Positions 30,101 through 38,636 of a stretch of 64,000 bases of DNA are shown here, piece by piece; within the stretch, counting starts at the first letter, position 1; each line of letters starts with the position of its first letter. Source of the stretch: Verrucomicrobiia bacterium. GTDB taxonomy: Bacteria > Verrucomicrobiota > Verrucomicrobiia > Limisphaerales > UBA1319. Where the stretch lies: the NCBI GenBank assembly GCA_963664225.1, contig OY760937.1:1504001-1568000 (forward strand). Direction: 5' to 3'. Made by a program: the position numbers and the translations under genes. The notes under the pieces were generated by a model. The model saw only the letters and a program-made list of their open reading frames with translations. It was not told the DNA's origin and did not search any database.

Positions 30101-31116
30101 TCTTCCTGAACAGGCTCTGAGAAGGTCACTCGCACCCCGTTGGGATTGCCCCGATGATCCACCAGAGTCACCTGGGGCGCAAGAGTGTCAGGAGTAACTG
30201 CAAGAACGGTGGTGGCGCTTGACAGTGTTCCCTGTCCATTGGAAATCGTCACCTGGAACTGGTCCCCATTGGCCGATGCCGAGATGGAGTCCAAAGCCAG
30301 GTAGGAGAGGTTCTCGCCTGCAATCACCTGTCCATTGCGTCGCCAGACAAAAATCGCGGGCTGGGCGGCAATGACATCCGTTTCCAATAATAACCGTTGA
30401 CCTTCCGCCACATTCACGCTGGCTGGCAAATCGCCCCCATTCAACCCATCCGTGTTAAAGAAAGGCGCCGCGTTCGGGGTCAACCTGTTCAAAAATGGAT
30501 CCACTGGATGCTGAGCCAGATGCAATGCGGGAATTATTTCCTCCACACCATCAGGACGCCGCCAGCCGACTTGGAGAAAAGCGATCCCCCCACCCTGTTG
30601 GTGAAAGACTTCAAAATAGTATTTATTGCCACGCACCAGTGAAATGGACTGGCTCCGGCGTTGATCCAGGCGCAACCCATCGAACAAAGTAATGCCCGAC
30701 TGCGATTCAAAAGCGATGACCCGCTTCGTCGTCTCCGCATGATCCGTGCTCAACCAAAGCTCGGCATTGTCGTCGCTGGCAATGTAAAATACGTAATCGC
30801 CATTCTGAGGGGCCTCCAAATATCCGTGAATCCACGAGCCAAAATCAGTTCCGCTGTTATCGCGGCCTTGAAGACCGTAGATGAGCGCCCCGTTCGGCGC
30901 GGGATTAAAGTCGTCCAGTTGTTCGCGAAAAGTCGGTTGATCGGGGAAGCTGGCTGCATTTTTCAAAGTACTCACACTTTGCCGCACCGTGGCGGAATCG
31001 ACCGATGTCGAATCGCCCTCATAAAACAGACGGGCCACCGAGCCTGCCGTTACATTCAAAGGCGCCACTGCCAAGAGCAACAGTGCCGGAATTGTCATCC
31101 AATATTTAGCATTCAT
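24187..31116 (-). CDS. Giant secreted/surface protein: PA14, Ig-like domains, three LamG domains, L-type-lectin-like domain, C-terminal FFRL domain
   Basis: PA14 GDYVFYIASDDNAELWL; Ig YQWY-NN repeats; three PxRYWxFxE..YHVVAV..GVIDEL LamG units; ends GFFRLVR. ATG 31116 chosen; the ORF track extends to TTG 31185. Confidence 0.85.
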   Translation of the reverse strand: MNAKYWMTIPALLLLAVAPLNVTAGSVARLFYEGDSTSVDSATVRQSVSTLKNAASFPDQPTFREQLDDFNPAPNGALIYGLQGRDNSGTDFGSWIHGYLEAPQNGDYVFYIASDDNAELWLSTDHAETTKRVIAFESQSGITLFDGLRLDQRRSQSISLVRGNKYYFEVFHQQGGGIAFLQVGWRRPDGVEEIIPALHLAQHPVDPFLNRLTPNAAPFFNTDGLNGGDLPASVNVAEGQRLLLETDVIAAQPAIFVWRRNGQVIAGENLSYLALDSISASANGDQFQVTISNGQGTLSSATTVLAVTPDTLAPQVTLVDHRGNPNGVRVTFSEPVQEDAATNLSHYSLQGPGGAVLVIQSAKSLNAGTSVQLAGIFNFQVGQSYQLTVRDIKDQALTANSLDPNPTVSSFSFVAPVDGGLGPVSITTDLQDVQAAENQAVDLSVQLAGASPFYYQWYFNNTAILPETNHVLHFTATAGAVGQYKVVISNEFSSVTSRVAAVGFIKDTTPPRLVSIRGLAGANSEVQLEFDEALDISTATNASIYRVDGLQILSARLSADARWVILTTSPQNIGFSYVLHIYGLKDISVAGNALTTLVRFRGTKTYSEEALADQPVRYWRFEEAENSGTVDSLVTLLDPLITGQSVLVNGPKLGVPGLVSNLVGSTAIQFDAARIQSITVPNGSDLNINTGPWDKRTISFWFKATSLPSGGAAKGSAVIFEAGGVNRGYGIYLYGSQDVANPSEALLAFNAFNNLTDGPGSPWGTKSGDGSSSVYVSTPVQTGQVYHVVAVLDGDKTGTAGELRLYLNGTLAGTAKGAGQLYNHSSNIQIGNGTILLHDGVNPSNKSPFDGVIDELAIYNTALTTERVTVLYNFANTVDVGIQQQPLTITQVDTRGNPNGVRVLFSDFLSPALATAIDHYTLSSANGTPLAIQSATLLDDASSVQLAGSFNFQPGQSYQLLAHDLKDSSPTGRTLQPNPTSLPLTYQASSGVLYDFNGALPATIKKYGNTEVRTNNSYDGSGYLKLTDGSSNQNGSILFTERNDVEQIRVSFKTRISDASIPAGEGFSFNLASDLPAGTYPYPEEGYNANAITTTGQGFIVAFDTAKSGLADVSPSIAVKWKGQVITNVPTGVAPVPALTTTGWVDVDINLKRDGRLTLTYGGTTILEQFSTGFTGLKNAQIGFGARTSSAFESHWLDDIRINYADGDLGPVTIQSGTDLVDRTINETATTTFSIVPQGASPFKYQWYQNNTALAGETNRLLQVVGAPATAGQYYVTISNEFSGVISRTASLVVQPDTLPPRIVAVRGLATIRSEVEIQFDEALSPATATNASLYSVDRAQILSASQSADGRSVVLETSPLTPDANYVLHLNGITDQSISASPLFAQVNFVTSRHYNDEIVADVPARYWRFEEIDGSPIANSLTTINDPLTTGQATLVNGPQFGVPGLVANLGGSTAIQFDGARNQSINVPNGVDVNITSGPWAKKSISLWFKATSLPRGGSTNGSAVVFEQGGANRGLTLYLYGSQDVANPTEALLVLNAFNNLSEGAGSPWGTKVGDGSTSVYVSAPIRLGEVYDVVAVLDGDTNGVAGELRLYTNGVLAGTAPGAGQLYNHSSNIQIANGDVLLHDGGNPASKSPFSGILDELALFNEALTGERVTALHQLAITHDASNLIPPAVQTVDHRGNPNGVRVTFNEPVDPATSTNLANYSLRSLAGANVPITTAVLLADQSSVQLAGSFNFQLGTQYELTIRDVLDQAAQPSRLTPNPTVVTFAFAAPAGQPYNIGPVGIVPGHDLTNLTGLENSVVILTVTPTGASPYTYEWYRNNTVLPGVTNRELTLVLSANTEGSYRVTLRNEFSETSSSTAQVTVQSDIAAPVLQQVRGFGGTLNEVRLVFDEPVDEVTATNTANYAVAPLQILGAILDSSARQVTLRTSPQTTGQAYQLTISGIRDRAGIPNVLNTKVTFQTEVSYAEEVLADDPVRYWPFGETNGSIAYSLTAKLDTLITAQGTYINGPKLGVPGLATNLNRTAVQLDAAQKQSITIPNGSDLNGTVGPWAKKTVEFWFKAASLPRGGTNVQAPVLYKQGAGNRGLGLYLYGTQDSDTPDEALLVWQALNNKSEGPGSPWGNLLGSSNSAVYVSAPVRVNESYHVVAVLDGDNSGFAGQLRLYTNGILAGEAVGAGQIYNHTGSGTQIGNGDKFLRHDGVVVSTNDFFSGVIDELSLYNHALTSDRVTAHYQAAVTPPPLLVLPVFGGYRVESKTLIITWEGAARLQRASDIKGPFTEVDGAASPYRESSTNNTIGFFRLVR
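24400..30180 (-). repeat. Intragenic triplication of an (Ig-like)n + LamG module
   Basis: Three copies of RGNPNGVRV..VQLAGxFNFQ and of GPWxKxxxxxWFKAxSLP..GAGQ(L/I)YNH; DNA CCGTTGGGATT(G/A)CCC recurs near 26051, 28418 and 30137. Confidence 0.8.
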
Positions 31117-31224
31117 AACCAGTAGGGAAAAAAGGAATCGTTTATTAAATTGAGATTGTTGATTGGAGCTGGAGTTTGCATTCAACCCCAGCCCATCATT
31201 TTTAAGTGAGGAGTGTTCGGGAGT

Positions 31225-32151
31225 TCAGCGCAACCACGCGGGGAACTGCACCTTGGTGGCATAGGCCTCTGTATCGAAATCCCGGTTCCATTTGAGTTTC
31301 CAGAGCTCTCGCAATCGGACATTCCGAACCGAACCGTCGAAAAACAGCACGTTGGGTCCCTTGCCGTGGCGGGGAACAACAAAATGCTGCATTTCCTGCG
31401 ATTCGAAGTTATTGATGGTGGAATAGTTGCCTGGTGAGGGCGGCGGCATATAGGCCGATCGTTCACCATACCAGGGACCACCGCCACGCCACATGCTATC
31501 GGCCATCAATGGAATCTTGGTTGTATTGCCATTGACATTCAGGGATCCCCAATGATATTCCAACTTGCGACCTTGAATATCCTGTTTGGAATTGTAGATC
31601 CAACTGTTAACGCCATAGCTGGCCACTTCACCATGGGTAAACTCTCCCTCTCCCATGATGTACGCGGTATCGATGCCTCCAAAGGCTTCAAGGCCACTGC
31701 CATCCTCCGCCACGCGCCTTTTGGTTGCCACCGGGCATACCAACAAATCAGCCTTTTTGCGCCAGAATCCCTGCATAGCATTGAGCCATTCGCCGCGAGC
31801 CCATCCCACGGATTGACCCGTCGGAAATTTCTCCCCGTTGTCGCTGCTGTAAATGTTCCAATTGATGCCCCACTGTCTTAAATTGGAGATGCAACTGATG
31901 GACCTGGCTTTTTGTTTTGCTTTTGCCAGGGCTGGCAGGAGCATGGAGGCCAAAATCGCGATGATTGCGATGACGACCAGTAATTCTATGAGGGTGAATC
32001 CCCGGTCGGCAGCGTCCTCCAAGGGCGGATCGTTCTGTTTTTCGCCTGGCGCGCGAAAGCCTGCCAGGATGGTCCCCTTTGACGGGACGCCGTTGTTTGC
32101 GGTATCAGGGCTTTCAGGCATCGTGCCAGCAAGCCATCCATTTGTTTTCAT
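31225..32151 (-). CDS. Prepilin-type N-terminal cleavage/methylation protein with H-X9-DG motif
   Basis: [49 protein letters not shown]. Confidence 0.9.
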   Translation of the reverse strand: MKTNGWLAGTMPESPDTANNGVPSKGTILAGFRAPGEKQNDPPLEDAADRGFTLIELLVVIAIIAILASMLLPALAKAKQKARSISCISNLRQWGINWNIYSSDNGEKFPTGQSVGWARGEWLNAMQGFWRKKADLLVCPVATKRRVAEDGSGLEAFGGIDTAYIMGEGEFTHGEVASYGVNSWIYNSKQDIQGRKLEYHWGSLNVNGNTTKIPLMADSMWRGGGPWYGERSAYMPPPSPGNYSTINNFESQEMQHFVVPRHGKGPNVLFFDGSVRNVRLRELWKLKWNRDFDTEAYATKVQFPAWLR

Positions 32152-32251
32152 GATATTTAGTATTTAAGTTGCGCATGAAAACCTCCAGTGGACTGGTTAG
32201 TTCACGATTCTGTTTCTTTGTTAAGCGAGCGTTCAGTGGTCTGTTATGTCT

Positions 32252-32274
32252 ATATACTACTTGTTTGGTCGTTA
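32252..32274. promoter_or_regulatory. Putative operator ATATACTAC-N7-GTCGTTA
   Basis: Half-sites identical to the reverse-complement copy at 35146-35168. Confidence 0.65.
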
Positions 32275-32463
32275 TTATGGACAAATAAAAGAGCGTTTAT
32301 AATTCAACCAGGGAGCCTTTGAATTCCAGCGATTCAAGGCTGCTGCAATGCGGATATGGCGGTCAAATTACAATTTCCGCTTGATTCGCCGCGACATCGA
32401 CGCTCCGTCTTATCGTGCTGCGCCGCGTCAAAAGTGAATCGATTTGACAGCCAATTTCACACT

Positions 32464-32486
32464 ATATACGATCTCTTTTGTCGTTC
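32464..32486. promoter_or_regulatory. Putative operator ATATACGAT-N7-GTCGTTC
   Basis: Same motif and spacing, in the divergent promoter region. Confidence 0.6.
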
Positions 32487-32570
32487 TTTACGCTCTTATC
32501 TATAGCGTTCTTTGGAGTTGTGTCAACTCCAGGTTGAAAGTATTTTAAACATATTATCCGTTCTTACGTT

Positions 32571-34919
32571 ATGCATTATGTGATGTTGTTTTTGCTCCCG
32601 CATTTGTGCGGCTCTCTGCTGGCCGTGCGTGGCCTGGGCCAGACACCCCCTCCCCCGGCTGTCGGCGGCTTCACCGGATCTTCCGAATGCCGATCCTGCC
32701 ACCAGGATTTTTATGCCCGCTGGGCGCCCTCTTTTCATGGCTTGGCAATGCAACCGTTTACAACCCGCTGGGCGCGCGAGCATCTGACACCTCAGCCTTC
32801 CCCTGTTCGCATCAAGGACCATGAATACCGCGTGGAGCTGAACACACAAGAGGGGCGCATGCTTGAAACAGACCCCCGCGGAAAACAGGATTACCCGATT
32901 GTTCAAGTCCTTGGAGGCAAGAATGTCTATTATTTTATAACCACGCTGAATCGCGGTTTTTTACAGGTTCTGCCCGTGGCATATGATGTGCGCCGCAAGG
33001 AATGGTTCGATACCACGCTCAGCGCGATGCGCCATTTTACTGAGGTTTCGGAAGAGGCCTTGAACTGGAAAGAACGCCCGCTCACCTTCAATACGGGTTG
33101 CTATAAATGCCATGTCAGCCAGTTATCCAATCATTATGACCTCGACAGCGACGCCTATCACACCACCTGGAAAGAGCCCGGCATTAATTGCGAAACTTGC
33201 CATGGGCCGGGAGGGGAACATGTGCGGACTTTTCGGGCCGCCGCCTCTGAGGGCGCCAAACCGAAGGCATTAAACATCATTAGCACAAAACAGTTCACAC
33301 ATGACCAGATTAACGACCTCTGTTCCTCCTGCCATTCCAAAATGATTTTGCTGACAACCACTTTCAGCCCTGGCGATCGATTCTTCGACCATTTCGACCT
33401 GGTCGCGTGGGAAAATCCGGATTTCCATCCGGACGGGCGCGATTTGGGCGAAAATTACACAGTGACTCAATTTCGTTCCAGCGCGTGCGTGAAGGACGGG
33501 CAACTCGACTGTTTGCATTGCCACACCTCCAGCGGACGCAACCGCTTTACCGGCGCTCAAGTCAACCACGCGTGCCTTCCGTGTCATGCGGATAAGGTGA
33601 GTAACGCACCCGCTCATTCGCACCATTCCTCCGGGAGCTCGGGCAACCAGTGTGTTTCCTGCCACATGCCCACCACGGAATTCGCCCGAATGCGAAGGAC
33701 CGACCATTCGATGCGGCCACCGACTCCCGCAGCCACCCTCGCGTTCAAATCCCCGAATGCCTGCAGTTTATGTCATACAAATGAGTCCCCCCAATGGGCT
33801 GATCAACAAGTGCGTCGATGGTGGACTCGTGATTTCCAGGCCCCGGTTCTAAAACAAGCGGAGTTGGTTACCGGCGCCCGCCGTGGCGACTGGAGCCGCC
33901 TCACGAACATTCTGGAGGCCATACAAAGCCCGGGTGAAAAGGAAATTTATAAAACGTCCCTTATTCGTTTGATACGAGGCTGCGAGCGTGATGAGGTCCG
34001 CGTGGTGCTGCTGGGCTGTCTAAAAGATCCCTCGCCTTTAATCCGCGCGAGCTCGGCGGAATCCCTGGGCGCGCAAATAGTCCCGCAAACCGTTTCGGGG
34101 CTGTTGGCCGCCACGCGCGACGACTATCGCCTGGTCCGTGTTCGGGCCGCCGCAGCGTTGGCACCCGTGTCCGACGATTTGATTCCAATCACTGAACGCA
34201 GCTTCCTGCAAAGGGCTTACACAGAATTGGAGGCCGGTTTGCTGGCCCGGCCGGATGATTTCTTGTCCCATTACAACTTGGGTAATTATTATCAACAACG
34301 CGGCAATCCCAGTGCGGCCGTTAATTCCTTTCGCGCGGCCCTCCGATTGCAGACCAATTATGTACCCGCCTGGATCAATGTTTCGCTTGCCTACAACATG
34401 CTGCAGCAAAATAATCTCGCGGAAGAGGCCCTGCGCCAGGCCCTGCAACTAAGTCCCACCAATGCGGCGGCCCATTTTAACCTCGGGTTGTTGCTCGCCG
34501 AGTTGAGCCGCTTTGAAGAAGCCGAAGCCGGTTTTCGCGCCGCCATAAAGTTTGAACCCCGGTCGGCCCAGGCGGCTTACAATCTCGGGGTGCTTTTGGC
34601 TGCGAAAAGCCACGGCGAATCCATTAATTGGTGCCGCAAAGCCGCCGAATGGCAGCCGGACGAGCCAAAATATGCGTACACACTGGCATTCTACCTGCAG
34701 CAAAATGGGGATCGTTCAAGGGCCATCCAATGGCTGCAATCTTTTGTCAAAAGGCCAGCCGCGGATGCATCCATTTTTGATTTGCTCGGAAAACTCCTTG
34801 AAACATCCAATCCCGCTGAAGCCGCCCAGGTTTATCGAAACGCCGCCGCCAATGAACGGCTGTCCGCATCCGACAGGCAAATGTTTACGATCCGAGCTGG
34901 CAACTTGCTCAATAAATAA
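32571..34919 (+). CDS. Octaheme cytochrome c fused to HEAT and TPR repeats
   Basis: Eight CxxCH motifs (CRSCH, CYKCH, CETCH, CSSCH, CLHCH, CLPCH, CVSCH, CSLCH); HEAT DPSPLIRASSAESL; TPRs HYNLG/HFNLG/AYNLG. Confidence 0.9.
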   Translation: MHYVMLFLLPHLCGSLLAVRGLGQTPPPPAVGGFTGSSECRSCHQDFYARWAPSFHGLAMQPFTTRWAREHLTPQPSPVRIKDHEYRVELNTQEGRMLETDPRGKQDYPIVQVLGGKNVYYFITTLNRGFLQVLPVAYDVRRKEWFDTTLSAMRHFTEVSEEALNWKERPLTFNTGCYKCHVSQLSNHYDLDSDAYHTTWKEPGINCETCHGPGGEHVRTFRAAASEGAKPKALNIISTKQFTHDQINDLCSSCHSKMILLTTTFSPGDRFFDHFDLVAWENPDFHPDGRDLGENYTVTQFRSSACVKDGQLDCLHCHTSSGRNRFTGAQVNHACLPCHADKVSNAPAHSHHSSGSSGNQCVSCHMPTTEFARMRRTDHSMRPPTPAATLAFKSPNACSLCHTNESPQWADQQVRRWWTRDFQAPVLKQAELVTGARRGDWSRLTNILEAIQSPGEKEIYKTSLIRLIRGCERDEVRVVLLGCLKDPSPLIRASSAESLGAQIVPQTVSGLLAATRDDYRLVRVRAAAALAPVSDDLIPITERSFLQRAYTELEAGLLARPDDFLSHYNLGNYYQQRGNPSAAVNSFRAALRLQTNYVPAWINVSLAYNMLQQNNLAEEALRQALQLSPTNAAAHFNLGLLLAELSRFEEAEAGFRAAIKFEPRSAQAAYNLGVLLAAKSHGESINWCRKAAEWQPDEPKYAYTLAFYLQQNGDRSRAIQWLQSFVKRPAADASIFDLLGKLLETSNPAEAAQVYRNAAANERLSASDRQMFTIRAGNLLNK

Positions 34920-35045
34920 AGTCAGCCTTCTACTTCATATGGTATTTTGAGTCGTTTATGATCACTTTGTGGCAAATTTTGAATTCATCTTAAATATCTC
35001 AGGAAAAACGTTTCCTGCGCTTGACTCACGAATCGAACGGGGTGT

Positions 35046-35070
35046 TAATACGATCCTGCTTATCGTATAT
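35046..35070. promoter_or_regulatory. Putative operator, perfect ATACGAT-N7-ATCGTAT palindrome
   Basis: taATACGAT cctgctt ATCGTATat upstream of yezD-cysTWA. Confidence 0.7.
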
Positions 35071-35145
35071 AAGATCGATACGATCTGAGCAGTCTTTGTG
35101 TCTATTTGGCCATGCAATGTCGCATGGCCATTTATTGGCTTTTAA

Positions 35146-35168
35146 TAACGACTCTATTGGTAGTATAT
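35146..35168. promoter_or_regulatory. Putative operator TAACGAC-N7-GTAGTATAT overlapping the YezD start codon
   Basis: Reverse complement ATATACTAC caataga GTCGTTA matches 32252-32274 in both half-sites. Confidence 0.65.
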
Positions 35169-35451
35169 GTCACGCACTGAAACAATTGACCGGACCGAAT
35201 CAAGCGCAGGGATTGAATCCTGGCTGGCTGAAGTCCAGAACCGGGTCCACTCCATCCAATATGGCCTCGTTCAAATTACGCTTCACGAGGGTCGGGTGAC
35301 TCAGATTGATGCCACAGAGAAAATGAGAATTCCCTGGGAGGGTGCCCAGTCAGAGGACCGACGCCTCAACGGGAGGCCGGCAGGCGACCAGATGACTCCA
35401 TTGAACGAAATGAAGCGTCTCTCTGCTGCGCTGACGGACAAGAACATCTAA
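35167..35451 (+). CDS. YezD/DUF2292 (OscA-like) small protein
   Basis: [36 protein letters not shown]; family typically precedes sulfur-uptake genes; TAATG overlap with cysT. Confidence 0.8.
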   Translation: MSRTETIDRTESSAGIESWLAEVQNRVHSIQYGLVQITLHEGRVTQIDATEKMRIPWEGAQSEDRRLNGRPAGDQMTPLNEMKRLSAALTDKNI

Positions 35452-36290
35452 TGCGCATGCATCGTCTGAAACAAAACAACGTCCTGCCGGGCTTCGGATT
35501 GACGCTGGGTTATACGTTGCTCTATCTCTCGATCATCGTGCTTATCCCATTGTCGGCGGCGTTTCTCAAAACAGCCACGATCGGATGGGCCGAGTTCTGG
35601 CACACAATCTCCGCGCCGCGGGTGGTGGCCTCCTACCGCCTGACATTCACGGTCTCATTTCTGGCCGCGCTGGCGAACATGGGATTCGGTCTCCTGGTGG
35701 CCTGGGTGCTGGTGCGCTACCGGTTTCCCGGGCGCAAACTGTTGGACGCCGTGGTGGATTTGCCTTTTGCGCTACCCACCGCAGTGGCCGGCATCGCGTT
35801 GACGTCCATCTACGCCAAGGAGGGCCTTGTGGGGCGCTGGCTGGAACCGCTCGGAATCCGGGTGGCATTCACGCCACTAGGTATTTGGGTGGCACTGACG
35901 TTCATCGGACTTCCCTTTGTGGTGCGCACGGTCCAGCCAGTCCTCGAGGATTTGGACAAGGAATTGGAGGAAGCCGCCGCAAGTCTGGGAGCCACGCGCG
36001 GCCAGACCATTCGCCGCGTGATTTTCCCCATGATATGGCCCTCGCTGCTCACGGGCTTTTCGCTCGCCTTTGCCCGTGCGCTCGGCGAATACGGCTCGGT
36101 GGTGTTTATCTCGGGTAACATGCCCATGCGAACGGAAATTACGCCGCTGCTCATCATCACAAAACTCGAGCAATACGATTACACCGGGGCCACGTCCATC
36201 GCGGTGGTCATGCTGGTTGTCTCTTTCGTGTTGCTGCTCTCCATCAATGGCCTGCAGGCGTGGAGCCTGCGCAAACAATCCCTTTCCTGA
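35451..36290 (+). CDS. cysT: Sulfate/thiosulfate ABC permease CysT
   Basis: [49 protein letters not shown]. Confidence 0.95.
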   Translation: MRMHRLKQNNVLPGFGLTLGYTLLYLSIIVLIPLSAAFLKTATIGWAEFWHTISAPRVVASYRLTFTVSFLAALANMGFGLLVAWVLVRYRFPGRKLLDAVVDLPFALPTAVAGIALTSIYAKEGLVGRWLEPLGIRVAFTPLGIWVALTFIGLPFVVRTVQPVLEDLDKELEEAAASLGATRGQTIRRVIFPMIWPSLLTGFSLAFARALGEYGSVVFISGNMPMRTEITPLLIITKLEQYDYTGATSIAVVMLVVSFVLLLSINGLQAWSLRKQSLS

Positions 36291-36301
36291 ACTCTTGTAT
36301 T

Positions 36302-37189
36302 ATGCCCGCAATTCAATCCGCCGCCGCACGCGAACAATCCCCGCCGCCCATTCAGGAATCGGGATGGATGCGTGTACTTCTAATATTGACCGCGATTTTC
36401 GTCATGGGCGCGTTTTTATTGCTGCCGCTCTTCGCCGTTTTCGCGCAGGCGCTGGGCAAGGGGTTGAGCGCTTATTTCAAGGCGATTACCGAACCTGCCG
36501 CGTGGGCCGCGATCCGGCTTACCTTGATCACTGCGCTCGTTGCCGTGCCCCTCAACACGGTCTTCGGAGTCGCCGCCGCCTGGGCCATCGCCAAGTTTCA
36601 ATTTTTCGGACGGAACTTTTTGATCACCCTGATCGATCTGCCCTTTTCCGTTTCGCCGGTGGTTTCGGGATTGATCTATGTGCTGGTCTTTGGACGCCAG
36701 GGCTGGATGGGATCCTGGCTGGATGACCACAACATCAAAATCATTTTCGCGCTGCCGGGCATTGTGCTGGCGACCACCTTCGTCACATTTCCGTTTGTGG
36801 CGCGCGAATTGATTCCACTCATGCAGAGCCAGGGGCGGGATGAGGAGGAGGCGGCGCTGGTGCTGGGCGCGGGCGGCTGGAAAACGTTCTGGCGCGTGAC
36901 ACTGCCCAATATCAAGTGGGGGCTCCTCTATGGAGTCATTTTGTGCAACGCCCGCGCGATGGGCGAATTCGGCGCGGTATCCGTGGTTTCCGGCCATGTG
37001 CGCGGGTTGACCAATACCATGCCGCTGCACATCGAGATTCTTTATAACGAATATCAATTTACCGCAGCCTTTGCGGTGGCGTCGCTGCTGACCCTGCTGG
37101 CGCTGGTGACTCTGGTTTTAAAAACATTCGTCGAAGCCAAGGCTCGCAAGGAGCATTCCAACACACCAGTACACGGCGCATCCGTATGA
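36302..37189 (+). CDS. cysW: Sulfate/thiosulfate ABC permease CysW
   Basis: [45 protein letters not shown] 36302 chosen. Confidence 0.95.
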   Translation: MPAIQSAAAREQSPPPIQESGWMRVLLILTAIFVMGAFLLLPLFAVFAQALGKGLSAYFKAITEPAAWAAIRLTLITALVAVPLNTVFGVAAAWAIAKFQFFGRNFLITLIDLPFSVSPVVSGLIYVLVFGRQGWMGSWLDDHNIKIIFALPGIVLATTFVTFPFVARELIPLMQSQGRDEEEAALVLGAGGWKTFWRVTLPNIKWGLLYGVILCNARAMGEFGAVSVVSGHVRGLTNTMPLHIEILYNEYQFTAAFAVASLLTLLALVTLVLKTFVEAKARKEHSNTPVHGASV

Positions 37190-38262
37190 GCATCAAAGTC
37201 GAAAGCATTTCAAAAACATTTGGCGCCTATCAGGCGTTGAACCGGGTGAGCCTGGAGGTCCAAACTGGCGAGTTGGTGGCCTTGCTCGGGCCATCCGGTT
37301 CCGGCAAGACCACGCTGCTGCGCATCATCGCCGGGTTGGAATTCGCGGACCGGGACTCCGGCCATATCGAGATCGAAGGGCGCGAGGTGACGGCCTGGCA
37401 CGCGCGGGATCGCCAGATCGGCTTTGTGTTTCAACACTACGCGCTGTTCCGGCATCTGACGGTGTTTGAGAATATCGCCTTTGGTTTGCGGGTGCGCCCG
37501 CGTGCGCAGCGGCCCTCCGAGGAGGCGATTCAAAAGAAGGTCGCCGAGTTGCTTAAACTGGTGCAAATCGCGGAATTGGCCCAGCGGTTTCCATCCCAGC
37601 TTTCCGGCGGCCAACGTCAGCGTGTGGCTCTGGCGCGATCCCTGGCTGTGGAGCCGCGAGTGCTTTTGCTCGACGAACCCTTTGGCGCGTTGGATGCCAA
37701 GGTGCGCAAGGATTTGCGCCGGTGGCTGCGCCGCCTGCATGACGAAATTCATGTCACCAGCCTGTTCGTCACGCATGATCAGGATGAGGCGCTCGAGGTG
37801 GCGGACCGCGTGGTGGTGATGAACAAGGGACACATCGAGCAAATCGGCACTCCAGCCGAGGTCTATGATCGCCCCGCCAATCCCTTTGTGTATGACTTTC
37901 TAGGCAATGTGAATCTCTTCCGGGGCCGGGTGGAGTCCGGCCGTGTGCATATCGGCCGCGCCGAATACGCCATGCCGGAGGATGAAGCGTCCAAGGACGC
38001 GCCTGCCATTGCCTATGTGCGCCCGCACGACATTAAAATCCATCGACAGATTGCAGGACCGGATTTCATTCCTGCCGCAATCAAGTTGATCAATCCAATG
38101 GGATCCGTCGTGCGCCTTCAACTCGATGCCTTGGATGAATCGGGCGCGTTTGAAGTGGAACTAACCCGGGAGGAATGGAAGCTTCACAACTACCAGGCGG
38201 GAGAAAACGTCTTCGTGGAACTGCGCAATCTTCGTGTTTTCTCGGATGATTATGTCATTTAG
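37186..38262 (+). CDS. cysA: Sulfate/thiosulfate ABC ATPase CysA
   Basis: [39 protein letters not shown]-terminal TOBE-like region. Confidence 0.95.
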   Translation: MSIKVESISKTFGAYQALNRVSLEVQTGELVALLGPSGSGKTTLLRIIAGLEFADRDSGHIEIEGREVTAWHARDRQIGFVFQHYALFRHLTVFENIAFGLRVRPRAQRPSEEAIQKKVAELLKLVQIAELAQRFPSQLSGGQRQRVALARSLAVEPRVLLLDEPFGALDAKVRKDLRRWLRRLHDEIHVTSLFVTHDQDEALEVADRVVVMNKGHIEQIGTPAEVYDRPANPFVYDFLGNVNLFRGRVESGRVHIGRAEYAMPEDEASKDAPAIAYVRPHDIKIHRQIAGPDFIPAAIKLINPMGSVVRLQLDALDESGAFEVELTREEWKLHNYQAGENVFVELRNLRVFSDDYVI

Positions 38263-38636
38263 CTCGGGAATACGTTTCTTGAAGGTCAACAAGCTGTCTG
38301 CGAACAACGTATTACACGAGGCCAATTCCCTTCGCTCGCCTGCCATCTTCTGAACTGGGCAAAAACCAAGCAAAGTCAGGGATGACGTGAGGGCGCTGCG
38401 TAATTGTTTGGAATGTAATCGACGGGTTTTCTCCCGTTTAAAGATTGGCACCTCTTTCCACTACACAAGCCAATAGGCAGACCCGCCCTGCGAAAATGGC
38501 GCTATTCGACCAATCTGCCCAAAATTGGCCTTCAACCACCAGGCATGCCCAGGCAATGCAAAACATTATTCTGTTTGGCGGCAATGAGTTAGATGTGCTT
38601 TGACAATCCTGGAATGGGCCATGCTACGGACGCAGC

